Part shown: one piece after another, positions 50,377 through 60,265 of the stretch
Layout: the number at the start of each line of letters is the position of its first letter
Position numbering within the stretch: position 1 is the first letter of the stretch
Origin: Minisyncoccota bacterium
GTDB lineage: Bacteria > Patescibacteriota > Minisyncoccia > Moranbacterales > UBA1568
NCBI GenBank assembly: GCA_051306005.1
Contig: JBPPMJ010000003.1
Span: forward strand, 161,764 to 225,763
DNA length: 64,000 bases
Direction: 5' to 3'
The notes under the pieces: generated by a model
The model's input: the letters and a program-made list of their open reading frames with translations, nothing else
What the model was told of the DNA's origin: nothing
Databases searched by the model: none
Program-made: the position numbers and the translations under genes

Positions 50377-51597
50377 ATGCCAAAGTTTTTGTATACAGCG
50401 AAGAATATCGTGACAGGTGAAACATCGAGTGGCGAGATCAATGCGAAAGATGAACGTGATCTGGCACAAGATTTACGCGCACAAGGGTTTTTGTTAACAT
50501 CGCATAAAGAACAGGCGGAACAAACGTCTCAATCACTACCGTTTTTAAATCGGTTTCTTTCTGTACCCCTCAAAGAAAAGATGGTCTTTACACGTAACCT
50601 GGCAGTCATGACATCGTCCGGATTGACGATGTCTCGTTCTATTCATAACTTAAGTGACCAAACGACCAATAAGCGTTTCAAAAAAATCTTATTAAGTGTT
50701 TATGATGATTTACAGGCTGGTGAGGAACTGGCTGGAGCATTGGCAAAATTTCCCGGTGTTTTCAATGAATTATTTGTGAATATGGTGGCAGTGGGTGAAA
50801 TAAGTGGGAGCTTAGAAGAAATTTTAGAAATCTTGGCTCTCCAATTGGAAAAAGAGCATGATTTAGCGAGTAAAGTACGCGGGGCATTGATCTATCCCGC
50901 CGTGATTGTCGTCGCTATGATTGGAATCGCAGTTTTGATGTTGACGTATATTCTTCCAAAGCTTACGGGTGTTTTTCAAGATATGGATGTCAAATTACCC
51001 GCTTCTACTTTGTTTATTATGGCCATGAGTGATTTTTTGCGTAACCATGCTTTCTTGAGTGCTGGATTTGTGATTGTCCTGGTGGTTGGAGTGCGTGTAT
51101 TTTCCAATACTGCCACAGGGAAGCGTTTTTTCAGTAATTTATATTTACGTTTACCTATAGTAGGAAAAATTGTTGTCAAAGTAAATTGTGCTCGTTTTGC
51201 CCGTATTTATAGTTCATTGCTCAAGAGCGGTGTCTCGGTCATCAAAGGATTGGATATCGTGTCTCGTACACTGACTAATGTTTGTTATAAGGACGCTTTG
51301 GCAGAAGCGATTGCCGAAGTTGAAAAGGGAGTGGATTTAAGTCACGTGACAAAAAAATATCCGCTTATCTTTCCTATTTTGGTGACTCAAATTATTGAAG
51401 TAGGAGAGGAGACGGGCAAGACGGATATGGTGTTGCAACGTTTGGCGGAGTTTTATGAGGAAGAAGTATCGCAGGTGACAAAAAATATGTCATCCATTAT
51501 TGAACCAGTCCTGATGTTATTTATTGGTGGTGGCGTCGGTTTTTTCGCGGTGGCCATGTTGCAACCAATGTACAGTGTGATGAATAGTATTAAATAA
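50377..51597 (+). CDS. GspF/PilC-family platform protein (second copy)
   Basis: 406 aa with two GspF repeats and a conserved 'IIEVGEETGK' motif. It is a paralog of the gene at 10013-11221. Confidence 0.85.
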   Translation: MPKFLYTAKNIVTGETSSGEINAKDERDLAQDLRAQGFLLTSHKEQAEQTSQSLPFLNRFLSVPLKEKMVFTRNLAVMTSSGLTMSRSIHNLSDQTTNKRFKKILLSVYDDLQAGEELAGALAKFPGVFNELFVNMVAVGEISGSLEEILEILALQLEKEHDLASKVRGALIYPAVIVVAMIGIAVLMLTYILPKLTGVFQDMDVKLPASTLFIMAMSDFLRNHAFLSAGFVIVLVVGVRVFSNTATGKRFFSNLYLRLPIVGKIVVKVNCARFARIYSSLLKSGVSVIKGLDIVSRTLTNVCYKDALAEAIAEVEKGVDLSHVTKKYPLIFPILVTQIIEVGEETGKTDMVLQRLAEFYEEEVSQVTKNMSSIIEPVLMLFIGGGVGFFAVAMLQPMYSVMNSIK

Positions 51598-51604
51598 ACA
51601 TTTT

Positions 51605-52984
51605 TTGCATACCATGCCTGCTTACTTGAAAAATCCTCAAGGCTTTACGCTGATTGAATCATTGGTACTTTTGTTTATTTTTGCCATTGTTTCTGTTACG
51701 TTTATGGAAACGTATACGAATGGTACGCGATTGATTCTGGAATCCAAAAATCGTTTTGGTGCCACCGCTTTGGCCAACCAGAAAATGGAAATCATCCATA
51801 GCATGGAATATGACAAGATAGCTACAACAGCAGGTATTCCGGCTGGTGATATTCCGGCGCTGGAAACATTGAGTATCAATGGAATTAAATATCAGATACG
51901 AACAACGGTTCAGTATGTGGATGATAGTTTTGATGGTACGGCTGGACAGGCGAGTGACCCGTCCGCTGATAAGATACCAAATGATTACAAGCGCGTTAAT
52001 ATTGCAGTGTCTTGGGGTACGGAAGGGGTCAATCAAGTAGTTACTTTGTCTACTGATTTGGTGCCTAAGGGTATAGAAACAGGTGGCACTGGTGGTGTAC
52101 TATCTATCAATGTTGTTGATTCGGCTGGCGTCGGAGTAGAGGGTGCGGATGTGCATATTCAGAATAGCGTTGCTGGAATAGATACACAGGCGCAATCCGA
52201 TGTTTTCGGTAATGTGATGTGGCCTGATTCACCAGTTGGTATGCAGAATTATATCGTGACTGTTTCGAAAAATGGGTATTATGCGACTCAGACGTACCCA
52301 CCCTATCCGACGTCACCATACAACCCGATTGATGAACATGTTTCGGTTATAGCGTCAACCGTGAATCAAAAAACATTGACGATGGACCGATATGCAGATA
52401 TGGAGTTCCACACCAAAGATTTCTTTGGCACAGCAATACCAAATATCAGTTTCACCTTGAAAGGTGGTAAGATGTTGGGTACCGATGTGGATCCGGATGC
52501 TCCTGATCCTACCATATATGAATTTTCGCAAAATTTGACTACTGATACGTCAGGACTCTACACACTTGAAAACCAGAGTTATGGGACCTATATCCTCACC
52601 TTTGTTGATCCTCAATACGTATTTTACAAAATGACACCTGAAGATGTTGTAGCGAATAGTTTCAGTGCCAAAGCAGGAGAGACGAACACACGAGATATCG
52701 TGTTGCTGGACTCACAGCAGGGATCACTTTGGGTGACGGTGCAGGATGTGGTAGATGACAACCCTATAGCCAATGCGCAGGTGACTCTGTCAGGACCTTC
52801 ATTGGTAGATCCTCTGGTGGTGCAAACAGACCAATACGGTTTCGCGTATTTTCCTGAAACAGCTTTGCCATTGCCTGCCGACGCGTATACTTTAGAGGTG
52901 AGCTCCTCAGGTATGACGACTGACACTTCAACTGTAAATATTGATACGACTCTTGTAACTAAAACAGTCAAATTGTCTGTATAA
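51605..52984 (+). CDS. large pseudopilin (prepilin N-terminus plus a ~420-aa beta-rich C-terminal region)
   Basis: 'NPQG|FTLIESLVLLFIFAIVSV' class III signal. The long Thr/Val/Gly-rich extracellular part has repeated beta-sandwich-like segments. Confidence 0.75.
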   Translation: MHTMPAYLKNPQGFTLIESLVLLFIFAIVSVTFMETYTNGTRLILESKNRFGATALANQKMEIIHSMEYDKIATTAGIPAGDIPALETLSINGIKYQIRTTVQYVDDSFDGTAGQASDPSADKIPNDYKRVNIAVSWGTEGVNQVVTLSTDLVPKGIETGGTGGVLSINVVDSAGVGVEGADVHIQNSVAGIDTQAQSDVFGNVMWPDSPVGMQNYIVTVSKNGYYATQTYPPYPTSPYNPIDEHVSVIASTVNQKTLTMDRYADMEFHTKDFFGTAIPNISFTLKGGKMLGTDVDPDAPDPTIYEFSQNLTTDTSGLYTLENQSYGTYILTFVDPQYVFYKMTPEDVVANSFSAKAGETNTRDIVLLDSQQGSLWVTVQDVVDDNPIANAQVTLSGPSLVDPLVVQTDQYGFAYFPETALPLPADAYTLEVSSSGMTTDTSTVNIDTTLVTKTVKLSV

Positions 52985-52989
52985 AATCT

Positions 52990-53610
52990 ATGAAGACGAC
53001 TTTGAGGGCCATGACGTTAGTTGAAGTAGTGGTAGCTATTGCGATTATGTTGATTGCTATGGAAGGTTTCACACTTCTTTTTTTGAGAAGTTGGGATACG
53101 AACAAATATATCTTGGAGTCTGGCATGGCAGTAACGACCGCATCACGTGTGAATAACAAAATTATTAGTGAATTGCGTCGTGTTAGACAAGCTGACAACG
53201 GAGATTATGCTATAGAATCAGGATCAGATTTTGATTTGATAGTGTATCTAGATATTGATCATGACGGAGTGACGGAACGTGTCCATTATTTTTTGGATCA
53301 AGCGACTGACCAATTGAAGAAAGGAGTCACTGAACCATCAAATACTGTGCCCATCAGTTATTCACCGACCGATGATACAGTGACTGTACTGACGAATTAT
53401 GTAGTGAATGATGATACGATGCCTCTGTTTACGTATTATAATAAGGATTATCCAGGTGACATAATCAACAATCCTCTTCCCTTCCCTTTGAGTGTTGACC
53501 AAGTATATCTGATTCGTGTCCATCTGTATGTGAATATCAATCCGGTACATGCTCCCGATAATATTAACATTGAATCTTTTGTCAATTTACGTAATCTCAA
53601 TAATACGTAA
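52990..53610 (+). CDS. pseudopilin-like protein (PilW/PilV-like; Ala at -1)
   Basis: 'LRA|MTLVEVVVAIAIMLIA' with Glu at +5 and a hydrophobic helix. Confidence 0.6.
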   Translation: MKTTLRAMTLVEVVVAIAIMLIAMEGFTLLFLRSWDTNKYILESGMAVTTASRVNNKIISELRRVRQADNGDYAIESGSDFDLIVYLDIDHDGVTERVHYFLDQATDQLKKGVTEPSNTVPISYSPTDDTVTVLTNYVVNDDTMPLFTYYNKDYPGDIINNPLPFPLSVDQVYLIRVHLYVNINPVHAPDNINIESFVNLRNLNNT

Positions 53611-53612
53611 TT

Positions 53613-55061
53613 ATGCGTCGTCTTTTCCCTCAATCTCTGAATGTAAAAGGATCTGCTTTGGCATACGGTCTTGTTATTATGACCATGATTACTATTGTCT
53701 TGACATCTATTGTCGGTTTTGTCGCTAGTCAGACAAAATTGTCTTTGAACAATCAATCTCGTGAACAAGCTCTACACATTGCTGAAACAGGCATTAATTT
53801 TTATCAATGGTATTTGGCACATGAAACAAGCGGTTTTACTGTTACTCAAATTGATGCTTTTTGGTCTACTCCTGGGGTGTATGGATTATCAGTTCCTTAT
53901 ACTAGTGTCTACAATGATAGTCTTGGTCATCCTATTGGTGAATATACTATTACTATTGAAGCACCAAAAAAGGGTTCGACAGTAGTGAAGGTACGTTCTG
54001 TTGGTTTTACCTATAAGAATCCTGATGCAAAACGTACTATCGATGTGCGTTTCCGTCGTCCATCTTGGAGTGAATATGCTTTTTTATCTAATGAGTTCAA
54101 CCGTTTTTGGGATGATACGGATGTGTTTGGTAAAGTCCATGCAAATTTGGGAGTACGTTTTGATGGCGTGGCACATAATCTCGTGACGAGTAGCGTAGCC
54201 AGTGTAAATGATCCAAATCATAATGGTGGAAATGAATTTGGCGTACACACTCATGCCAATCAACCTCCTGCTAGTGGGGTCAGCGCTGGTTTTCAATCGG
54301 GAGAAGCGCCGCCAGCCAGTATAGCAAGCCGTCCAGATGTTTTTGCGGGAGGACGACAATTCCCTGTGGCTTCTGTTGATTTTAGTGGTATTTTGGGAGA
54401 TTTAAATCATATGAAAATCGTTGCTCAAGCAGGTGAGAATGGAAGTCTTTATTTTGATAATGCGAAAGTAGGAAGGCATATTGTGTTAAAAAATAATGGT
54501 ACCTTTGATATCCGTACTGTAGATAATCGCAATAACGTGACTAATGATATCCTTTCATATTATCAGGGCTGGTCAACATATACTATTCCGCAGGACGGTG
54601 TTATTTTTGTGGAAAACAATGCATGGGTGGATGGCACTATCAATAATAAGCATGTAACGATTGTGGCAGCGGATCTCTCTCTTGGTTCACTAAAAAATGT
54701 CTATATTCGAAATGATATCCGTTACACCAACTATAATTGTGACGATGTTTTGGGTATCATAGGACAAAATGATATAGAAATTACCGGTGGCAGCGAGCAA
54801 GATCTGCGGATTGATGGTGCTTTGTTGGCACAAAACGGCAGGGTGGGACGAGAGCATTATTTATTACCCTTCACCCAAAAAAGAGATGTGATTACAGTGT
54901 ATGGCGCTATTGCAAGCAAACAACGTTATCGGTTTGCGTGGGGGCTAAACTTTGGTTACCAAGTAGAACACCTGTATTATGACAATAACCTCTTGTATTG
55001 TCCGCCACCATATTTTCCCGTTGGGACTGAATATAAGATGGATTCATGGGAGGAGAGTTGA
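53613..55061 (+). CDS. membrane-anchored pilus-associated protein (PilX/PilY-like candidate)
   Basis: N-terminal TM helix and a 450-aa extracytoplasmic domain. Positioned between the pseudopilin genes and pilMNO. Function is inferred from context only. Confidence 0.5.
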   Translation: MRRLFPQSLNVKGSALAYGLVIMTMITIVLTSIVGFVASQTKLSLNNQSREQALHIAETGINFYQWYLAHETSGFTVTQIDAFWSTPGVYGLSVPYTSVYNDSLGHPIGEYTITIEAPKKGSTVVKVRSVGFTYKNPDAKRTIDVRFRRPSWSEYAFLSNEFNRFWDDTDVFGKVHANLGVRFDGVAHNLVTSSVASVNDPNHNGGNEFGVHTHANQPPASGVSAGFQSGEAPPASIASRPDVFAGGRQFPVASVDFSGILGDLNHMKIVAQAGENGSLYFDNAKVGRHIVLKNNGTFDIRTVDNRNNVTNDILSYYQGWSTYTIPQDGVIFVENNAWVDGTINNKHVTIVAADLSLGSLKNVYIRNDIRYTNYNCDDVLGIIGQNDIEITGGSEQDLRIDGALLAQNGRVGREHYLLPFTQKRDVITVYGAIASKQRYRFAWGLNFGYQVEHLYYDNNLLYCPPPYFPVGTEYKMDSWEES

Positions 55062-55090
55062 ATATGCTGTTTTCAAAAAAGTATAAATTA

Positions 55091-55099
55091 TGGTACAAT
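55091..55099 (+). promoter_or_regulatory. extended -10 element TGgTACAAT upstream of the second pilM
   Basis: Read from the sequence, 22 nt upstream of the ATG. Confidence 0.35.
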
Positions 55100-55120
55100 T
55101 GAAAAAAGATAAAAAAAACA

Positions 55121-56215
55121 ATGAGTTTTCTTCAGAAAAAAATATTTGATCTTTTCCCCAGTGCTTTTGGGTTGGATTTGAGCGACCTTTCTATGAAGGC
55201 CGTTTGGTTGGATCGTTCTGGTCATCAGGATTCCATTATGAGTTTTGGATCTGTGTCTTTACCATTGGGCAGTGTTGTCGATGGTGAAATTATGGATGTC
55301 AAGGTGGTGACGGAGGCTATGATGAAGCTTCTTGAAACAGCGGGACCAAAAAAATTAAAGACACGACGTGTCGTGTGTTCTCTTCCTGAAACCAAGGCTT
55401 TCTTGCGAGTTATTTTTTTGCCTATTATGCATGAAAATGAAATGCATGAAGCAATAAAATGGGAAATTGAAGCGAATATCCCTTTGACTCTTGATCAGGT
55501 CTATTATGACTGGCAGATTTTGGATTTGCCGTTGACTCCTGAAAAAGACAAAATGAGCGTCTTGGTGGTGGCGGTGACACGGAGTAGTGTTGATCAATTT
55601 CAAGCCGTATTGGAATCCGCGGGACTGGAGGTATTGGGTCTTGAAACAGAGTCCATCGCTCAAGCACGCAGTTTATTGGCGGAAAAAAATAAGAATCGCA
55701 CCACGTTGATAGTGGATATTGGCGATCGACGGACGAGTTTTTTAATTGCGATTGGCAGTACACCGTGTTTTACTTCCAGCGTTCCTCTTTCTTCGCAAAT
55801 GATTACCGAGGCTATTGCCAAATCATTACATATTTCTTTTGAAGAAGCAGAAGCTATCAAAATCAAACATGGATTGGGGTCATTGGCGATGCAAAGTCCT
55901 GTGCTCAAAGCTATTTTGCCAGTATTGGAAAATATTTCCGTTGAAATTGAACGTTCCATTGATTTTTATCTCAGTAATTTAAAATATTCTGAAAATATTG
56001 AAGCAATTATTTTGTGTGGCGGTGGAGCAAATATGCAGGGACTTCTACCCTATTTTTCGCGTCGTTTGGGCCGTTTGATTGAATTTGGAAATCCATGGGT
56101 CAATGTATATCTCGGAAAACACTTACCTATTATTGATCGTAATCATTCCGTACAGTATTCCACTGCTATCGGTCTCGCTTTGCGAGGTATAGACGAATAT
56201 GAAGACATTGCTTAA
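55121..56215 (+). CDS. PilM-like pilus assembly ATPase-fold protein (second copy)
   Basis: 'LDLSDLSMKAVWL' and 364 aa with the FtsA/PilM fold pattern. Confidence 0.8.
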   Translation: MSFLQKKIFDLFPSAFGLDLSDLSMKAVWLDRSGHQDSIMSFGSVSLPLGSVVDGEIMDVKVVTEAMMKLLETAGPKKLKTRRVVCSLPETKAFLRVIFLPIMHENEMHEAIKWEIEANIPLTLDQVYYDWQILDLPLTPEKDKMSVLVVAVTRSSVDQFQAVLESAGLEVLGLETESIAQARSLLAEKNKNRTTLIVDIGDRRTSFLIAIGSTPCFTSSVPLSSQMITEAIAKSLHISFEEAEAIKIKHGLGSLAMQSPVLKAILPVLENISVEIERSIDFYLSNLKYSENIEAIILCGGGANMQGLLPYFSRRLGRLIEFGNPWVNVYLGKHLPIIDRNHSVQYSTAIGLALRGIDEYEDIA

Positions 56216-56762
56216 TCTCCTGCCGGAGGACAAAAAAAGAGCCGCACAAAGTCGAATTCGCTTTCGTTTTTTCTTGTGGCAATTTTTTCTTTTGTTTGCG
56301 TTGGAAATTTTTTATCTTTCTATTCTCGGTAGTATTGTTTTTATTTTGGATGTACAATTGCGTGGTTTAAAACAGCAAGATATCAGCGCTCACTCGCAGT
56401 ATGTTCCCGAACAGACACTGGGTACGTATCAGCAGAAATTTAAAGAAATCAATGGTATGGTAACTGTGATTAATGCTATTGACACACAGCACCTTTCGTT
56501 CACGGAAATTATTATATTATTAGAGGAGACGCTACCTACAACAGTGTTGATTGAAAACTTGACGACTCAGGATTATACAGTATTGTTATCTGGGAGAGCG
56601 GCAACCCGTGAGGACTTATTGATGTTTGAGACACGCCTGAAAGAATCCGCTTGTGTCGAGAAGGTGAATATTCCATTGTCAAATTTGTTCTCTCAGGAAA
56701 ATATTGATTTTCAAATGGACATTACGCTCAAAAAAACTTGTCTTCAAAAGAAATCGTTATGA
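56199..56762 (+). CDS. PilN-like protein (second copy)
   Basis: N-terminal 'LNLLPEDKK' (the conserved PilN 'NLLP' motif) followed by a TM helix. Confidence 0.75.
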   Translation: MKTLLNLLPEDKKRAAQSRIRFRFFLWQFFLLFALEIFYLSILGSIVFILDVQLRGLKQQDISAHSQYVPEQTLGTYQQKFKEINGMVTVINAIDTQHLSFTEIIILLEETLPTTVLIENLTTQDYTVLLSGRAATREDLLMFETRLKESACVEKVNIPLSNLFSQENIDFQMDITLKKTCLQKKSL

Positions 56763-57547
56763 CATTACCGAATAAAAAACAATCTCTATCTTATGGTATT
56801 TTGCTAGTACTTTTTTTGGCGATGTTTGGCTTGGCTTGGTATGTCATCATGCCATTACATGCGACATTAATGAAAAAAGCACGGGCTATGCAGGAATTTT
56901 ATGCAGAGCGAGAAAATCAAGAACGACAGATCGCGAAATTACCACAATTGCAAGAACAGTATGAATATATTCTACAAAATGAAAAACAATTGGGTATCTT
57001 GATTACGGAGAGTGACGTTGTGCCCTTTATTCGTACAGTCGAAGAGTTGGCACGATCCATGAATGTACGTCTGAATATTACTTCCAAGGATAATGGAAAG
57101 TTGGTTACGGTTAAAAAAGCAATACCTCAGACACCGGCGCAAGACTTAACATCAGGGGATGAATTAGCATCAGACACTCCTTCGGACTTGGCGCCGGTTC
57201 CACGTTCAAAAAATACCGGTATACTTGATGCGCTTCCTTTTGATCAATATATCAATTTGGAGATGCGAGTCGAGGGAGAATATCGTAATGTTACATCTTT
57301 TTTAAAACAATTGGAGACATTGCCTATCGCTTTAGACGTCGTCAAAATAACAATCAACAAAAAATCCCATGAAGAAGAGAGGCTTCGTACACCGACACGA
57401 GTAACATCCAATCCTTTCGGTGTACTGGGTGACGGTGTCTCAAAACCTATTGCCACATCAGAAGTGGTACAAACATCAGATACGTCTGTTGTAGAGCCTA
57501 ATCGTTTGGAAGCTTTGTTCGATGTCGTGGTTTATATCAAACACTAA
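56738..57547 (+). CDS. PilO-like protein (second copy)
   Basis: N-terminal TM helix and coiled-coil. Follows pilN. Confidence 0.6.
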   Translation: MSSKEIVMTLPNKKQSLSYGILLVLFLAMFGLAWYVIMPLHATLMKKARAMQEFYAERENQERQIAKLPQLQEQYEYILQNEKQLGILITESDVVPFIRTVEELARSMNVRLNITSKDNGKLVTVKKAIPQTPAQDLTSGDELASDTPSDLAPVPRSKNTGILDALPFDQYINLEMRVEGEYRNVTSFLKQLETLPIALDVVKITINKKSHEEERLRTPTRVTSNPFGVLGDGVSKPIATSEVVQTSDTSVVEPNRLEALFDVVVYIKH

Positions 57548-57552
57548 AATTT

Positions 57553-57906
57553 ATGCCCCCATTTTCCGTGTCATCATTTCTTAAAAGAAAAAAAACGGCT
57601 TTCGATCCGAGGGTTTTGTTTAAATTATTGTACCGATACTATAGAACGCTTTTTTTCATCTTTTTATGCATGCTTTGTGTGTTGGGAGGGTGGCAGTGGT
57701 ATTATTGGTTGTATCAGTTTCGTTTAAGTGAAGTAGAAAAACAACAATATGTAGAAGAGCATTTTCGGGAAACCATATTTCAGGAGAAGGCCTTTCGAGC
57801 AATACTGGAAACATTGGCAGAGCGTCAGCGCCTTGCTGAAAAACAATTGAACATCCAACGCGATATTTTTGTGAGTGATAGCGTCCCCCCAAGGGTAGGC
57901 GAATAA
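57553..57906 (+). CDS. hypothetical single-TM protein (PilP-position accessory)
   Basis: ORF with one TM helix. Inferred from position only. Confidence 0.4.
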   Translation: MPPFSVSSFLKRKKTAFDPRVLFKLLYRYYRTLFFIFLCMLCVLGGWQWYYWLYQFRLSEVEKQQYVEEHFRETIFQEKAFRAILETLAERQRLAEKQLNIQRDIFVSDSVPPRVGE

Positions 57907-57950
57907 TGTCCGCCAACTCTTGACCAACAGTCTTTTTTTGGGTATGCTGT

Positions 57951-59003
57951 GTGCCTATGGATATGTTGACCCGCAGGGCACAATTTTTGCGTCTTTATCC
58001 TGATGTACCGGAATATCGCGTTCGTCAATTTGAGTTGGCACTTTTTGATGTACGTAAGAAATCTTTTACTGAGATTTCCAATATACCGTTGAAAATGAGG
58101 ACGGTTCTGGATACAGAACTTGCATGGCTGACGCTTTCTCCTGTTCAGGTGTTTGAAAGTGTTAGAAAGGATACCTATAAGGCAGTCGTGGAATTGTCTG
58201 ATAAGAAACGAGTGGAAACAGTATTGATGAAAAACGCGCGTGGCCATTGGACCATTTGTGTTTCTTCACAGGTTGGATGTGCTATGGCTTGCGGATTTTG
58301 TGCCACTGGAACCATGGGATTTACACGAAATTTGACAGCTGATGAAATAGTGGATCAGTATCGGTTTTGGAATATTTTTCTTGCACAACATTCAACACTT
58401 CCTGATCGTATCTCCAATATCGTGTTTATGGGTATGGGAGAACCATTGGCGAATTATGAGAGTGTAAAAGAAACTATACATCAGATATTGACCTATACGG
58501 ATATTGGTCCGACACGTATTACTGTTTCTACAGTTGGACTCCTACCAATGTTACAAAAGATTTTGCAAGATTCTGAATGGCCAGCGGTGCGTTTGGCAGT
58601 TTCTTTACATAGTGCCAAGAGCGATACTCGAAAACAGATGATGCCGACATCTTTTGATGGATTTTTAGATCAATTGATAGAGTGGACACGAGAATATTTT
58701 ATGGCACATGAGAGCCGTCGTCATCATTTGACTTTTGAATATGTTATGTTGTCCAATATCAATGATACAGAGATACATGCTAAGGCACTGATTGACTTTG
58801 CTCGTCGTGTAGGCAATGTACGCATTAATCTCATTCCATACAATTTTACAGGGAGTATATACAGAGATAGTCTGCCGGCAGATTTTGCTCGTTTTCAACA
58901 ACAACTTGTTGGTGCCGGTATTACCGTGACTCGTCGGCGAACGATGGGGGACGATATTTCAGCCGCGTGCGGACAACTCGTGGTTGAGAAAAAAACACTC
59001 TAA
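57951..59003 (+). CDS. rlmN: 23S rRNA/tRNA m2A methyltransferase RlmN (radical SAM)
   Basis: 'ICVSSQVGCAMACGFCATG' radical-SAM CxxxCxxC motif and 350 aa. Confidence 0.9.
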   Translation: MPMDMLTRRAQFLRLYPDVPEYRVRQFELALFDVRKKSFTEISNIPLKMRTVLDTELAWLTLSPVQVFESVRKDTYKAVVELSDKKRVETVLMKNARGHWTICVSSQVGCAMACGFCATGTMGFTRNLTADEIVDQYRFWNIFLAQHSTLPDRISNIVFMGMGEPLANYESVKETIHQILTYTDIGPTRITVSTVGLLPMLQKILQDSEWPAVRLAVSLHSAKSDTRKQMMPTSFDGFLDQLIEWTREYFMAHESRRHHLTFEYVMLSNINDTEIHAKALIDFARRVGNVRINLIPYNFTGSIYRDSLPADFARFQQQLVGAGITVTRRRTMGDDISAACGQLVVEKKTL

Positions 59004-59021
59004 CATATTATATTACAGGGT

Positions 59022-60179
59022 ATGCCAAAACAAACATATTTTATCAAAACATTTGGGTGTCAACAAAACACAGCTGATTCTGAGCGTATTGCTAGTTATT
59101 ATCAATCACGTGGCTTGGCACCTGCGCAAGATATGATATCATCTGATGTGCTCGTCCTCAATACATGCGTCATCCGCGATCGTGCCGAAGAGAAAGTGTA
59201 TGGGATGGTACGAAGCTTGCGTACCCGCCTAGCAGGAAAGGCTCCACGGATTGTGGTGACTGGTTGTCTGATTGGTGCGGCATCACGTGTGCCTGGAGGT
59301 ACATTGATGAAACGCCTTATAACGCGTTTACCAGATGTAGAATTTCTTCCTATTGAAGAAGTGGGATTTGAATATGTGCCAAAACGAGTGAAGGGCAAAA
59401 TGGCCTCCATCATTATTTCCAATGGTTGTAATAATTATTGTGCCTTCTGTATTGTGCCTTTTTCGCGAGGCAAGGAACGTTCTCGTGCTTTTGCTGATAT
59501 TATTACAGAGGTACAACAAGCAGTTGCTAATGGATATGTCGAGGTGACACTATTGGGACAAAACGTTAATTCGTATGGTGCGGATTTTCTTGTGGACAAG
59601 ATCGCAGAAAATGAAGTCTACGTGTTGCCTGATGGCACAACCGTCAAACCAGTTATGGTGAAGCATCTTAACCGTCATCGTATTCCGACACTGTTTCCTT
59701 ATCTTTTAGAGCAAGTCGCAGGGATTTCCAGATTGATCAAAGTGTCTTTCATCTCTTCCAATCCATGGGATTTTTCTGATGAATTGATTGAAGTGATTGC
59801 TCGCCATGAGAATATCGATCGTACGATCCATCTGCCAGTACAGTCGGGGAGTGATGCTGTACTCAAGCGGATGAATCGTTGGTATACCCGCGACGAATAT
59901 CTCGCACTCATTGAAAAAATTCGCTTACGAATTCCATCTGTCCGTTTTACAACTGATGTCATTGTTGGTTTTCCTGGTGAGACTGAGGCGGAGTTTCAGG
60001 AAACAGTTGATTTGGTGAAGCAAGTTGATTTTGTGAAAACATTCATTGCCTGGTATTCGCCCCGCCATGGCACTTCAGCTCTCAAAAATATGACTGATGA
60101 TATTTCTATCGAAGAAAAACAGCGTCGGTATCATATGTTGGACGCAGTATCTTTCAAAGGAAAAAAGAAAAATATGTAG
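59022..60179 (+). CDS. miaB: radical-SAM methylthiotransferase (MiaB/RimO family)
   Basis: N-terminal MTTase domain 'FIKTFGCQQNTADSE'. Radical-SAM 'SNGCNNYCAFC'. C-terminal TRAM-like region is short. Confidence 0.85.
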   Translation: MPKQTYFIKTFGCQQNTADSERIASYYQSRGLAPAQDMISSDVLVLNTCVIRDRAEEKVYGMVRSLRTRLAGKAPRIVVTGCLIGAASRVPGGTLMKRLITRLPDVEFLPIEEVGFEYVPKRVKGKMASIIISNGCNNYCAFCIVPFSRGKERSRAFADIITEVQQAVANGYVEVTLLGQNVNSYGADFLVDKIAENEVYVLPDGTTVKPVMVKHLNRHRIPTLFPYLLEQVAGISRLIKVSFISSNPWDFSDELIEVIARHENIDRTIHLPVQSGSDAVLKRMNRWYTRDEYLALIEKIRLRIPSVRFTTDVIVGFPGETEAEFQETVDLVKQVDFVKTFIAWYSPRHGTSALKNMTDDISIEEKQRRYHMLDAVSFKGKKKNM

Positions 60180-60265
60180 CATGCTCACACGATGTCATTT
60201 GATGGTATAATGATGGTAGTTCGGTGCGTGCATCCTGGATGATGATCAATGCTTTTGAAAACAAT

